Source: an uncultured Phycisphaeraceae bacterium (lineage in GTDB: Bacteria; Planctomycetota; Phycisphaerae; UBA1845). From it: DNA of 64,000 nt. The stretch spans positions 1,762 to 65,761 of the forward strand of contig CAZBUJ010000017.1 in NCBI GenBank assembly GCA_964495075.1. Direction: 5' to 3'. Shown here piece after piece: positions 34,041-43,467 of the stretch; positions within the stretch are counted from its first letter, which is position 1; each line of letters opens with the position of its first letter. Below the pieces are notes generated by a model. It searched no databases. It saw nothing but the letters and a program-made list of their open reading frames with translations, and was not told the DNA's origin. The translations under genes were made by a program, and so were the position numbers.

Positions 34041-35132
34041 ATGAAACAACGTGTCATCCGGGCAGCGGTCTGTGCGTGGATGCTCGTCGGGTTACTCAGC
34101 GCGGGGGCCGCCCGCGGGCAGCACGAACCGGGCACGGTCCTCGCCTGGGGATGGAATGCTTACGGGCAGTGCACCGTTCCCGATCCGAACCCGGGCTTCG
34201 TGGCCGTCTCGGGGGGCGGCCAGCATAGTCTTGGGCTGAGGTACGATGGGTCAGTCGTGGCGTGGGGAGATAATGCGAGCGGCCAGTGCGATGTGCCGGA
34301 GCCAAACGCCGACTTTATCGCCATCTCGGCAGGCTACGACCACAGCATGGGCCTGAAAGTCGACGGCTCCATCGTGGCTTGGGGATCCAACAGCATCGGC
34401 CAGTGCGATGTGCCTCCCCCCAACGAGGACTTCGTGCAGGTATCGGCCGGCTTCTCGCACAGTCTCGGGCTGAAGGCCGACGGGTCAATCGTGGCCTGGG
34501 GCTGGAACGCCTTCGGTCAATGCCGCGTACCGACACCCAATGAGGGCTTCGTGGCCGTGTCGGGCGGCGGAGGGTTCAGCGCCGCGGTGAAGTCCGACGG
34601 CTCGATCATGGCCTGGGGTTGGAACGATTTGGGGCAATGTGATGTTCCTGAGCCCAACGCGAACTTTGTGGCCGTCGCGGCGGGCTCGGGTCATACCGTC
34701 GCCCTGAAGGCGGACGGGTCGATCGTGGCTTGGGGCATCACCACCGACGGGCAATGCGCCGTGCCCTCGCCGAATGAGGACTTCGTGATGGTCGCGGCGG
34801 GCGGTTCACACAGCCTTGGTCTGAAAACCGCCTGGTGGATTTCGGCATGGGGAGCAAACGGCAACGGCCAGTGTGATGTGCCTCGACCGAACGAAGACTT
34901 CGTGGCGGTGGCAGGGGGCGCGTCGCACAGTCTCGGCCTCAAGGGTGTGCGGGGCGATGCCAACGCCGACGGCTTCGTCGATCTGGCGGACTTTGAGATC
35001 ATGGCTTATTTCGTGAGCGGCCCGCGGGCACTCGGCCCCTCGGGCTGCCATCGGTTTTCCCTCGATGGCGACTGGGACGTGGACCTGGCTGATTTGGCCC
35101 TCTTCCAGAGGCGGTTCGACGGCGGCGACTGA
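34041..35132 (+). CDS. Secreted RCC1-like repeat protein with a C-terminal dockerin-like domain
   Basis: Seven 39-aa repeats AWGxNxxGQCDVPxPNxxFVAVxxGxxHSLGLKxDGS. Tail GDANADGFVDLADF..LDGDWDVDLAD. Confidence 0.85.
   Translation: MKQRVIRAAVCAWMLVGLLSAGAARGQHEPGTVLAWGWNAYGQCTVPDPNPGFVAVSGGGQHSLGLRYDGSVVAWGDNASGQCDVPEPNADFIAISAGYDHSMGLKVDGSIVAWGSNSIGQCDVPPPNEDFVQVSAGFSHSLGLKADGSIVAWGWNAFGQCRVPTPNEGFVAVSGGGGFSAAVKSDGSIMAWGWNDLGQCDVPEPNANFVAVAAGSGHTVALKADGSIVAWGITTDGQCAVPSPNEDFVMVAAGGSHSLGLKTAWWISAWGANGNGQCDVPRPNEDFVAVAGGASHSLGLKGVRGDANADGFVDLADFEIMAYFVSGPRALGPSGCHRFSLDGDWDVDLADLALFQRRFDGGD
34143..34945 (+). repeat. Coding tandem repeat, 7 degenerate units of 117 bp
   Basis: GCNTGGGG recurs at 34143, 34260, 34377, 34494, 34611, 34728 and 34845. 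Confidence 0.85.
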
Positions 35133-35490
35133 TTATCTGTCCGTCCGGTCCGATTGCGGCAGTTTCTCGGTTTCGGTTTCGACTCTCTTGCGCCAGGCGG
35201 CCGCCTGGTCGGGCTTGCCCCACTCCTCGTACAGCAACACGAGAGGCTCCATGGCTTCGACGGTTCGGACCGGGACACCTCCGTTGGGCACGAGCGTATC
35301 GATGGCTTCCCGCAGCAGTCGCCTGGCGTCTTCGTGACGGCCCCGCCGCAACTGCAACTCACCGAGCAAGGTTTGACGCGAGATTGTTGCACCGGGCACC
35401 CATCCGCTGCATAGTATCGGACGCGATGCGGCAAAGCTCGGCGCGAGCACTTCGGGGTCCCGGAGAGAGTTCCGAGGTGCGGGTTCGCGG
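35133..35490 (-). pseudogene. Remnant of a TPR-tailed Ser/Thr protein kinase
   Basis: QTLLGELQLRRGRHEDARRLLREA..LVLLYEEWGKPDQAAAWR is a typical kinase-TPR C-terminus. GTLSGTP occurs upstream in another frame. No credible start. Confidence 0.55.
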
Positions 35491-35598
35491 GTGCCATGGC
35501 CATGCATGCGTGAACGTGTCTTGATGCCGCGTTCGCGGGACCGGGTATTGCAATGCCTTTCGACGGTGGACGGCCATTCCGATTAGGAGAACGAACTT

Positions 35599-36945
35599 AT
35601 GCGGGCAAGCTTGCTGGGCGTAGTCATCATCGCCGCTCTTGGCGGATTGTTGTTCGGGTTCGATACCGCAGTCATCTCCGGAACGACGGACGCGCTCAGC
35701 GGCGTCTACGGCCTGAGCTCCGCTTCACTGGGATTCACCGTCGCGGCGGCGCTGATCGGCACCATCATCGGTGCCATCTTCGCCGGTAAACCGGCGGACG
35801 TTCTCGGACGGCGTGCCGTCTTGTTCCTCATCGCCGTGTTGTACTTCGTGTCCGCGATCGGCAGCGCGTGGGCGTGGGACTGGTACTCGTTCTTGGTCTT
35901 TCGGTTCATTGGGGGCATCGGTGTGGGAGGCGCGTCGGTCGTGTCACCGATGTACATCGCGGAGATTTCGCCAGCCCGCTACCGCGGGCGGATGGTGGCC
36001 ATCACCCAGTTCAACATTGTGCTCGGAATCCTCCTCGCTTTCCTGTCCAACTATCTCATTGCCGGCTTGGACCTGGGGGACGCGGAATGGCGATGGATGT
36101 TCGGTGTCGAGGCGTTTCCTGCTTTCGCGTTCTTCCTGCTGCTGTTCTTGACGCCGCGCAGCCCGCGGTGGCTGGTGTCCCAGCGCCGCGATGACGAGGC
36201 CCGGGCCGTGCTCGGCCGGCTGGGGACCGACACCGGAAACGTCGACGAGGAGATCGCCGACATCCAGTCGTCACTGAATCTCGAGCACCACAGCCTGCGC
36301 GAGCCATTCCTCCGCCGCGCCTACCTGCAACCGATCCTCCTGGCCGTTGCGATCGCCATGTTCAACCAGCTCTCGGGAATCAACGCCCTCTTGTACTACG
36401 CCCCGCACATCTTCAGGATGGCCGGCGCGGGCGAGTCGTCGGCACTCCTGCAGAGCGTGGCCATAGGCGGCACGAATCTCGTCTTCACCATGGCCGCACT
36501 CGCGATCATCGACCATTTCGGTCGCCGCCGGCTCATGCTCGTCGGATCGGTCGGCTACATCCTCAGCCTGGGGAGTACGGCCTGGGCGTTCTACAAGTAT
36601 GGGACGGACTTTGACGCGACGGGTGGCATGGTCGTGCTGGTGAGCCTGCTCGTGTTCATCGCCGCCCACGCGTTCGGTCAGGGCGCGGTCATATGGGTAT
36701 TCATCAGCGAGATCTTTCCCAATCGCGTCCGCGCCCGCGGTCAGGCCCTGGGCAGCTTCACGCACTGGTTCATGGCCGCGTTAATCTCGTGGACCTTTCC
36801 GATGATCGCGAAGGTGTCGGGCGGCCACGCGTTTGCGTTCTACGGGGCGATGATGGTCCTGCAATTGCTCTGGGTCCTGTTCGTGATGCCTGAAACGAAG
36901 GGCATCCCGCTGGAGCAGATCCAGAAACGTCTGGGGATCGAATGA
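35599..36945 (+). CDS. Sugar porter family MFS transporter (XylE/AraE/GalP-like)
   Basis: GGLLFGFDTAVISG, D..GRR, YIAEISP..RG, NQLSGINA..YY, SEIFP, PETKG. Confidence 0.93.
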   Translation: MRASLLGVVIIAALGGLLFGFDTAVISGTTDALSGVYGLSSASLGFTVAAALIGTIIGAIFAGKPADVLGRRAVLFLIAVLYFVSAIGSAWAWDWYSFLVFRFIGGIGVGGASVVSPMYIAEISPARYRGRMVAITQFNIVLGILLAFLSNYLIAGLDLGDAEWRWMFGVEAFPAFAFFLLLFLTPRSPRWLVSQRRDDEARAVLGRLGTDTGNVDEEIADIQSSLNLEHHSLREPFLRRAYLQPILLAVAIAMFNQLSGINALLYYAPHIFRMAGAGESSALLQSVAIGGTNLVFTMAALAIIDHFGRRRLMLVGSVGYILSLGSTAWAFYKYGTDFDATGGMVVLVSLLVFIAAHAFGQGAVIWVFISEIFPNRVRARGQALGSFTHWFMAALISWTFPMIAKVSGGHAFAFYGAMMVLQLLWVLFVMPETKGIPLEQIQKRLGIE

Positions 36946-36969
36946 CACGCGTGGTGGGAAGCGCGCGGC

Positions 36970-37836
36970 ATGCCTACGACGATGACGGATTCAAGCCATC
37001 TTCAACCCGCGGCGCTCGTCCGTCTGGCGGTATTCGCGATTCTGGCGGCCACGCAAGCACGTTGGCACGCATTGGCGGTAGCGGACGAAACCACCGAGAG
37101 TATCCCCGCCGCGGTCGATCTTCGGCCGCTATTTGCAGATGCCGGCCTGACGGTGCGGACGCAAGGCCGCCGGGGCACGTGTTCCGTCTTCACCCTGGTC
37201 GGGGCCATGGAGTACGCGCTGGCCCGGCGGGACGGGGCCGGAACGCGCCTGAGCGTCGAGTTTCTCAACTGGGCCTCGAACGAGGCGATCGGTGAGCACG
37301 CGGACGGCGGGTTCTTCTCGGATCTGTGGAAGGGCTACGAGGCGTTCGGCGTTTGCGACGAAACGGAGCAGCCGTACGCCGACAACTTCGATCCGCACTT
37401 TCGTCCCGGTGAGGCGGCGTTGAAACAGGCCGCCCGGCGACGGGAATCCGGCCTGCGGCTGCACTGGATCAAGCCGTGGAACGTGACCACGGGGCTGTCC
37501 GACGCCCAACTCGCCCAGATCAAACGCGTGCTGGCCCGGCAATGGCCGGTCTGCGGCGGTTTCCGCTGGCCGAAGAAGGAACGCTGGACGGACGACGTGC
37601 TCGACATGGCTCCGCCCGAAGGGGTCCGCGACGGGCACAGCGTCCTGCTGGTCGGCTATCGGGACGACCCGGCCCAGCCCGGGAGCGGCGCGTTCCTGAT
37701 CCGCAATTCCGGAAAAGGCCCGCCCCACGGGTGGATGAGCTACGAATACGCCCGGACGTACATGAACGACGCGGCCTGGATCGACTGCGAAGCATCGCAC
37801 GCGGCGGTTGGCCGGCCGGCGAGGGCGCGGGGATAG
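36970..37836 (+). CDS. Papain-like (C1) cysteine peptidase
   Basis: VDLRP, QGRRGTCSVF, LSVEFL, GHSVLLVGY, IRNSG, GWMSYEY. Confidence 0.8.
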   Translation: MPTTMTDSSHLQPAALVRLAVFAILAATQARWHALAVADETTESIPAAVDLRPLFADAGLTVRTQGRRGTCSVFTLVGAMEYALARRDGAGTRLSVEFLNWASNEAIGEHADGGFFSDLWKGYEAFGVCDETEQPYADNFDPHFRPGEAALKQAARRRESGLRLHWIKPWNVTTGLSDAQLAQIKRVLARQWPVCGGFRWPKKERWTDDVLDMAPPEGVRDGHSVLLVGYRDDPAQPGSGAFLIRNSGKGPPHGWMSYEYARTYMNDAAWIDCEASHAAVGRPARARG

Positions 37837-38115
37837 GCGCAGGCCAGCGAACCAGACTCGGACACGTCCCTCCTTAACCCGCTCGGCGCGGCCATGGTCG
37901 GGCGCAACCGGCGGGTCTCCCGCAACCAGCAGCCGGAGTGGAACGCCGCCAGCCTCGACATGAGCTGGCTGATGCCGGGTGATGTCTTTGTTGGGACCGA
38001 CCTGGGCGGCGATCGACTGGTCGATCGCCGCGACGGCCCTTGACGAGTTCCCGCGCGGCAACGCGGTCGGTCCGAGTCAGGTCGGCCCCGTGGCATCAGC
38101 CATCGGGTAAGTGAT

Positions 38116-38151
38116 TGTCATCTTGACATTTGTGCGATCCAGTGCTATTTG
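38116..38151 (+). promoter_or_regulatory. Candidate promoter/operator of the signalling-transporter operon
   Basis: TTGACA at 38123-38128 is the right arm of TGTCA-tct-TGACA. Weak -10 (TATTTG) at 17-nt spacing. Confidence 0.4.
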
Positions 38152-38427
38152 TGCACCATGGTGAATGAGGCGAAAAAGAGGTTCACCATGACGCCGGACG
38201 GCGGCGACCGCCAGCGCCTTGAGGCGCTCGCGGGGCGATCGAATCCGGCTTTCTCACTTCCGCATGTCGTCAACTGCGCGACCAATCGGTTCCGGAACGA
38301 GGCAGAGGTTCCGCCGCAGATTCCGACCCGGACAATCTTCTGAGAGATCACGGCTGATGGCGAGCAAGTACAGCAGGACCGCATGACGGAGCTCCCGCGC
38401 GTTCCAGGCCGAGGCAGGACAAGCGCC

Positions 38428-39657
38428 ATGGCGATAATCAGTCTTTTCAGCGCCTCTTATTGCCACGGGCGAGAAATCGCCCAAGGCGTACGAGAAAAGC
38501 TCGGCTACAACCTCTTGAGCAACGAGGAATTGCTCGCGGAGGCGTCGAAGCGCTTCCACGTACCAGCGGACAAGCTCGCAAGAGCCATGCACGGTCCGGT
38601 GTCAGTGTTCAACCGGATAACCCACGAAAGAGAGCGCAATCTTGCGTACATCCGGGTGACCCTGGCCGAGATGATCCAACAGGACAATCTGGTTTACCAC
38701 GGGTTTGCCGGTCACCTCCTGCCCAGAGACCTGCCGCATGTGCTGCGGGTCTGTCTCGTGGCCAAGCTGGAACGCAGGACCGCCCTGGCGGCTCAAGCCG
38801 AGGGGATTCCGGCCGCCGCGGCGCAAAAGCTGGTTTCCAAGGAGGATGAGGAGAGAAAACGTTGGACCCTCAACCTCTTTGGTCTCAGCCCGTGGGACAA
38901 GGGGCTGTACGATATACTTCTGCCCATGGACTCCACGGGCGTGGACGAGGCCGTGACCGTGATCGCCGAACATGCCGGCAAGCCACCCGTTAAGACAACG
39001 CGGGCCGCGCGAGCCGCCATCAAGGGCTTCTTGCTCACCGCCCAAGTGCAACTGGCCCTCGCCCAGAAAGGACATGATGTTGACCTGGATGTGTCGTCTG
39101 AGGACGGCGTCGTGACGGTCACCATAAACCGATTCGTCCTGCGGCTGGAACACTTGAAAAACGAGTTGCGCGGAGTGGTCCTTGGCGTCCCGGGGGTGAA
39201 AGACATGCGGACGGAGCTGGGCCCGCATTTCTATCCGCCCAGCCGGTATGACAAAGTCGTTGAAGATTACCAGCCCAAGTTCCTTCTCGTTGACGACGAG
39301 AAAGAGTTCGTCCTCACCCTTTCCGAACGCCTCGAGACGAGGAATCTCGGGTCGGCCATCGCATACAACGGGGAGGAGGCACTGTCGATCATGGAGACGG
39401 ACGCTCCGGATGTGATGGTTCTGGATCTCAAGATGCCCGGGATCGATGGCCTGGAGGTCTTGCGCAGGGTGAAACGGGAGAAGCCAGCCACGGAGGTCGT
39501 CATCCTCACCGGCCACGGCTCCGAGCAAGAGGAGCGGGCGGCCATGGAGCTTGGTGCCTTTGCCTACCTCAGCAAGCCGGTCAATATCGACGTCCTCGCC
39601 GAGACCATGAAGCAGGCCTACAACCGGGCCAGAATGCGCAAAGGCGCGCAGTCGTAG
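38428..39657 (+). CDS. Response regulator: cytidylate-kinase-like domain + BON-like segment + C-terminal receiver
   Basis: MAIISLFSASYCHGREIA..LGY, NLVYHG.AGH.L..HVLRV, YDILL. Receiver LLVDDE..VLDLKMPGIDG..ILTGHG..YLSKP. Confidence 0.8.
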   Translation: MAIISLFSASYCHGREIAQGVREKLGYNLLSNEELLAEASKRFHVPADKLARAMHGPVSVFNRITHERERNLAYIRVTLAEMIQQDNLVYHGFAGHLLPRDLPHVLRVCLVAKLERRTALAAQAEGIPAAAAQKLVSKEDEERKRWTLNLFGLSPWDKGLYDILLPMDSTGVDEAVTVIAEHAGKPPVKTTRAARAAIKGFLLTAQVQLALAQKGHDVDLDVSSEDGVVTVTINRFVLRLEHLKNELRGVVLGVPGVKDMRTELGPHFYPPSRYDKVVEDYQPKFLLVDDEKEFVLTLSERLETRNLGSAIAYNGEEALSIMETDAPDVMVLDLKMPGIDGLEVLRRVKREKPATEVVILTGHGSEQEERAAMELGAFAYLSKPVNIDVLAETMKQAYNRARMRKGAQS

Positions 39658-39688
39658 GGCGTTGCCCCGAAGAACGAGCAAACGACAC

Positions 39689-41398
39689 ATGGCACTTGGC
39701 CCGCAGTCAAACGACGGTGAGAGCCCCCAGGTGGGACCACTCGTATCGGAGAGGCGCTACCGCCGGATGCTGCTCGTCTCCGTTTCATCGATATCGCTGG
39801 TCGCCATCATCCCGTTGGTCGTCCTGACCGGCGCGAACTACCACCAGTATGAAGAGGCGTTTCACGTCGAGTCCCTTCGTCCGATCACACGTTTTTGTGC
39901 GAGCGCCAAGCTCTCGTTGGAGGCTTTCCTCTCGGAACGCGTCTCGGCCCTTTCTTTGGTTATCCAGACGGAATCGCCCGCCGATCTGCAAGACCCGCAA
40001 AAACTCAACAAGCTTCTGAGCAAACTGAAGCAGACCTTTGGTGGATTCATCGACCTGGGCCTGATCGACGGTACGGGTACGCAGGTGAGCTATGCCGGGC
40101 CCTATGAGCTCCAAGGCAAGAGCTACGCGGAACAAGATTGGTTCCACGACGTGGGGGCCCGTGGCGTGCATGTCAGCGACGTGTTCTTGGGACACCGGCA
40201 CGTGCCCCACTTCGTCATCGCCGTCAGTTTTGACACGGACGCAGGTGCTTACTTCGTGTTACGAGCGACGATCGACACCGACCGAATCGTACGTCAAATA
40301 GAGGCCCTGGCCATGCGCCCCTCCGATGACGCCTTTCTCGTCAACCGGGAAGGGACGCTTCAAACTCCATCTCGGTTCTATGGCGATGCGCTGGAGCCTT
40401 GTCCTCTGCCGGTGCCCCCGATGTCCACTCAAGCGGAAGTCCTGGAAAGCCGAGACGAGGGGGGCATTCCCATCATCATCGGCTACGCGTTCATTGACCG
40501 CTCGCCCTTCGTGCTGATGCTCCTGCACCGGCCAGGACCGATGCAAGCCAGCTGGCTGTCCTTGCGGCGCGACCTTATCCTGTTCCTGGCGATCAGCATC
40601 GTCATCATCCTGGGTGTCGTCTTTGGGGGCTCGAAGTACATGGTCAATCGAGCTCGCCAAGCGGACTTGAGACGCGCGGCCGTGTATCACAATATGGAGT
40701 ACACGAACAAGATGGCGGCCATTGGCCGCCTGGCGGCCGGGGTAGCTCACGAAGTCAACAATCCCCTGGCCATCATCAACCAGAAGGCGGGCCTTCACAA
40801 AGACCTGCTTTGCCGTGCTGACGGGCTTCCGCCGAAGGAGAAGATGGTGGAGCTGGTCGACGCCGTGCTGGAATCCGTCGAGCGCTGTGGAGCCATAACG
40901 CATCGTCTGCTGGGTTTTGCCAAACATATGGACGTCCAGCGAGAGGGCATTGACCTGGAGATCCTCATTAAGGGCGTGTTGGGCTTCCTCGAAAAGGAAG
41001 CCGCCTACCGAAACCTCCAGGTGACGTTCAACATGGAAGAGGGCGTTCCGACCATCGTCAGCGATCGCGGACAGCTTCAGCAGGTGTTCTTGAACATCGT
41101 CAACAACGCCTTTGCGGCGGTCGAGGATAGAGGACAGATCGGTATTTCAATAGCGAACGTGGACTCGGATCATGTGAGAATCAGCATTGCTGACAACGGC
41201 CGGGGAATCGCGGAGGACAACCTGAAGCACATCTTTGAGCCGTTTTTCACGACCAAGACGGGGACCGGCACCGGATTGGGTCTGTCCATCACCTATGGAA
41301 TCGTCCAGAAACTGGGCGGGAAGATCGATGTCGCCAGCAAACTGGGCGAAGGCACGTGTTTCAAGGTTATTCTGCCCGTTCAGCGGGAATACGCGTAG
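39689..41398 (+). CDS. Membrane sensor histidine kinase (dCache-like sensor, NtrB-type core)
   Basis: Two TM helices around a Cache-like region. [42 protein letters not shown]. Confidence 0.92.
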   Translation: MALGPQSNDGESPQVGPLVSERRYRRMLLVSVSSISLVAIIPLVVLTGANYHQYEEAFHVESLRPITRFCASAKLSLEAFLSERVSALSLVIQTESPADLQDPQKLNKLLSKLKQTFGGFIDLGLIDGTGTQVSYAGPYELQGKSYAEQDWFHDVGARGVHVSDVFLGHRHVPHFVIAVSFDTDAGAYFVLRATIDTDRIVRQIEALAMRPSDDAFLVNREGTLQTPSRFYGDALEPCPLPVPPMSTQAEVLESRDEGGIPIIIGYAFIDRSPFVLMLLHRPGPMQASWLSLRRDLILFLAISIVIILGVVFGGSKYMVNRARQADLRRAAVYHNMEYTNKMAAIGRLAAGVAHEVNNPLAIINQKAGLHKDLLCRADGLPPKEKMVELVDAVLESVERCGAITHRLLGFAKHMDVQREGIDLEILIKGVLGFLEKEAAYRNLQVTFNMEEGVPTIVSDRGQLQQVFLNIVNNAFAAVEDRGQIGISIANVDSDHVRISIADNGRGIAEDNLKHIFEPFFTTKTGTGTGLGLSITYGIVQKLGGKIDVASKLGEGTCFKVILPVQREYA

Positions 41399-41407
41399 GA
41401 ACTCCGA

Positions 41408-41791
41408 ATGGACCCCGTTCATGTTCTAATCGTTGACGACGAACACCAGTTTGTGGACGCCGTGGTCGAGCGGCTGCGACTGAGAGGATTCAATGCAGAC
41501 GGCGCGACCAGTGGACAAGATGCCATGGAATTGCTGCGTCAGAGGCCCTACGACGTGGTCGTGCTCGACGTGAAGATGCCGGGGGTGGGTGGATTCAATG
41601 TCATCCGCAAGATCAAAGAGGAGTGGCCCAACCTGCGGGTGGTGCTGATCACCGGCCACGGCTCATCGCAGGACGCGGAAGAAGGCTTGCAGCTGGGCGC
41701 CTTCCGATACTTGATGAAGCCGGTGAGTATCGAGGATCTGATCAGCGTGTTTCCTGCGGCATCGGGAAGCAAGCAGGATGCCAGACAATGA
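41408..41791 (+). CDS. Single-domain response regulator
   Basis: LIVDDE, VLDVKMPG, LITGHG, YLMKP; no output domain. Confidence 0.9.
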   Translation: MDPVHVLIVDDEHQFVDAVVERLRLRGFNADGATSGQDAMELLRQRPYDVVVLDVKMPGVGGFNVIRKIKEEWPNLRVVLITGHGSSQDAEEGLQLGAFRYLMKPVSIEDLISVFPAASGSKQDARQ

Positions 41792-42483
41792 GTGACGCCG
41801 AAGAACAACTCCTTCGCGAAAAGGGCTTCGCCTTCTTTGGTGCCATCACCGCCAGCCTCTCGCACGAAATCAATAACGTCTTCGCGATCATCAACGAGCT
41901 TTCCGGCCTGCTCGACGATCACTTCCACGCGGCCGAGAACGGCGCTCCGCTCGACGTGGAGCGACTGAAGGGAGCGGCACAACGCATTGCGGCCCAGGTG
42001 CGACGCGGCCAAGACTACGTCGAGGGGCTCAATGGTTTCGCCCACACGGTCGATCATCGGCGAATCGCCATCGCGCTCAACGAAACCGTCGAGGCCATCA
42101 CGACTCTTTGCCGCCGGTTCGGCGTGTTGCGTCAGGTGGAGATCGAAACCCGTCTCCCCGAGACGTCTCCCCGGCTCGAAGGCAGCGCGTTTGATTTGCA
42201 GCATATCATCTACCGCTGCATCGATATCGCCCTCGACGCGTCCCAACGGGGGGATACCGTCCACATCGAGGTCGAGGCGCAAGGCGAAGGGGCACGCCTG
42301 GTTTTCGCAAGCGGTTCCGTCGCGGAATCCGTGGCGGAACTGGAGTCCAAACGGGATTTTTTGGCCGTGCTGGTAACTGGAACGCGTGGCGTGGTCGAGT
42401 CGGTGATCCAAGCCGGTCAACCCGTTCGGTTGGTGGTATCTCTTCCACACGCCCTGAACAGCCGAGGGCAAGATCATGACTGA
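41788..42483 (+). CDS. Histidine kinase-like protein with degenerate ATPase domain (possible phosphotransferase)
   Basis: H-box ASLSHEINNVFAII. No N-box Asn, DxGxG or GxGLGL boxes. No sensor. ATGA overlap with the previous gene. Confidence 0.75.
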   Translation: MSDAEEQLLREKGFAFFGAITASLSHEINNVFAIINELSGLLDDHFHAAENGAPLDVERLKGAAQRIAAQVRRGQDYVEGLNGFAHTVDHRRIAIALNETVEAITTLCRRFGVLRQVEIETRLPETSPRLEGSAFDLQHIIYRCIDIALDASQRGDTVHIEVEAQGEGARLVFASGSVAESVAELESKRDFLAVLVTGTRGVVESVIQAGQPVRLVVSLPHALNSRGQDHD

Positions 42484-42907
42484 TACCAGAGTCCTGCTGG
42501 TTGATGACGAAAGAGAGTTTACCGAGGCGCTGGCTTTGCGGCTTGAGACTCGCGGGCTCAAGGTGGATGTCGCCGAGCGCGGTGAGATCGCGGTTGAGAA
42601 GGTCCAGGAGAAGTCCTTTGACGCCATCGTTCTCGACCTGGCCATGCCGGGCATGGACGGCATCGAAACTCTCAAACGCCTTCGGGAGCTCAACCCGGAC
42701 TCCCAGGTGCTTCTGCTCACCGGACGGGCTACGGTGCAGAAGGCTACGGAAGCCATGCGGCTCGGCGCGTTGGACCTGCTGGAAAAACCGGTCGATATCG
42801 AAGTGCTGGTGGCGAAAATCGAGGAGGCGGCCAGGAATACGACGCGGCTCACCGAGAAGCGGATTGACGAAGACGTGACCGATATCTTGCGCAAGAAGGG
42901 CTGGTAG
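42476..42907 (+). CDS. Single-domain response regulator with short C-terminal helix
   Basis: LLVDDE, VLDLAMPGMDG, LLTG, LLEKP. Confidence 0.9.
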   Translation: MTDTRVLLVDDEREFTEALALRLETRGLKVDVAERGEIAVEKVQEKSFDAIVLDLAMPGMDGIETLKRLRELNPDSQVLLLTGRATVQKATEAMRLGALDLLEKPVDIEVLVAKIEEAARNTTRLTEKRIDEDVTDILRKKGW

Positions 42908-42912
42908 GATCA

Positions 42913-43467
42913 ATGACGTCGGAGAGCAGCGAGAACGGGATGGCGACACGGCGGGTCGGCGAAATCATGATTCCGCTCAAGGACTATCCGCATCTGCCGG
43001 TCTGGTCTTCAGTACGCGATGCCGTGGAACTGATGCACCGCGCCGAACTCACGGTCCGAGGTCGCAAATCCCTGCCGCGGGTCATCTTTCTGTTTGACCT
43101 CGACGGCTCGATTGCCGGGACCGTCCGTCGCCGTGACCTCATGCGGGGTTTGGAGCCCAAGTTCCTGGTCAGCCAACCCTTGGAATACCGCCTGAAGCTG
43201 TTCGACGTGGAGGTTGACCCCGGTTTGTCGGAGCTGTCGTTTGACAAAGTGGTGAAAGGCATTCGGGAACAGGCGGACCGACCGGTCACCGATGTCATGT
43301 GTCCCCTCGAAAGAACCATCGATTACGACGATCACATCATGAAAGCGGTTTACGCGATGGTCAGCCACAGCCTGAGCATCCTCCCCGTCGTTCAGGACAA
43401 CAAAGTGGTCGGAGTCATCAGGACCGTCGATGTGTTCCACGAGCTGGCGGAGCTGGTGGTCCAATGA
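42913..43467 (+). CDS. CBS-domain protein
   Basis: VGEIMIP..SVRDAV, GTVRRRDL, VTDVM, LPVVQDNKVVGVIRTVD. Confidence 0.85.
   Translation: MTSESSENGMATRRVGEIMIPLKDYPHLPVWSSVRDAVELMHRAELTVRGRKSLPRVIFLFDLDGSIAGTVRRRDLMRGLEPKFLVSQPLEYRLKLFDVEVDPGLSELSFDKVVKGIREQADRPVTDVMCPLERTIDYDDHIMKAVYAMVSHSLSILPVVQDNKVVGVIRTVDVFHELAELVVQ

Noticed and set aside
34143..34945. 117-bp periodic repeats as a CRISPR array or DGR template
   Set aside because: Units are in-frame, vary mainly at synonymous sites and encode RCC1-like blades. No spacers, cas genes or reverse transcriptase.
37837..38043. Short coding-like stretch, considered as a sulfatase remnant
   Set aside because: No CxPxR motif or other recognisable signature; cannot be assigned.
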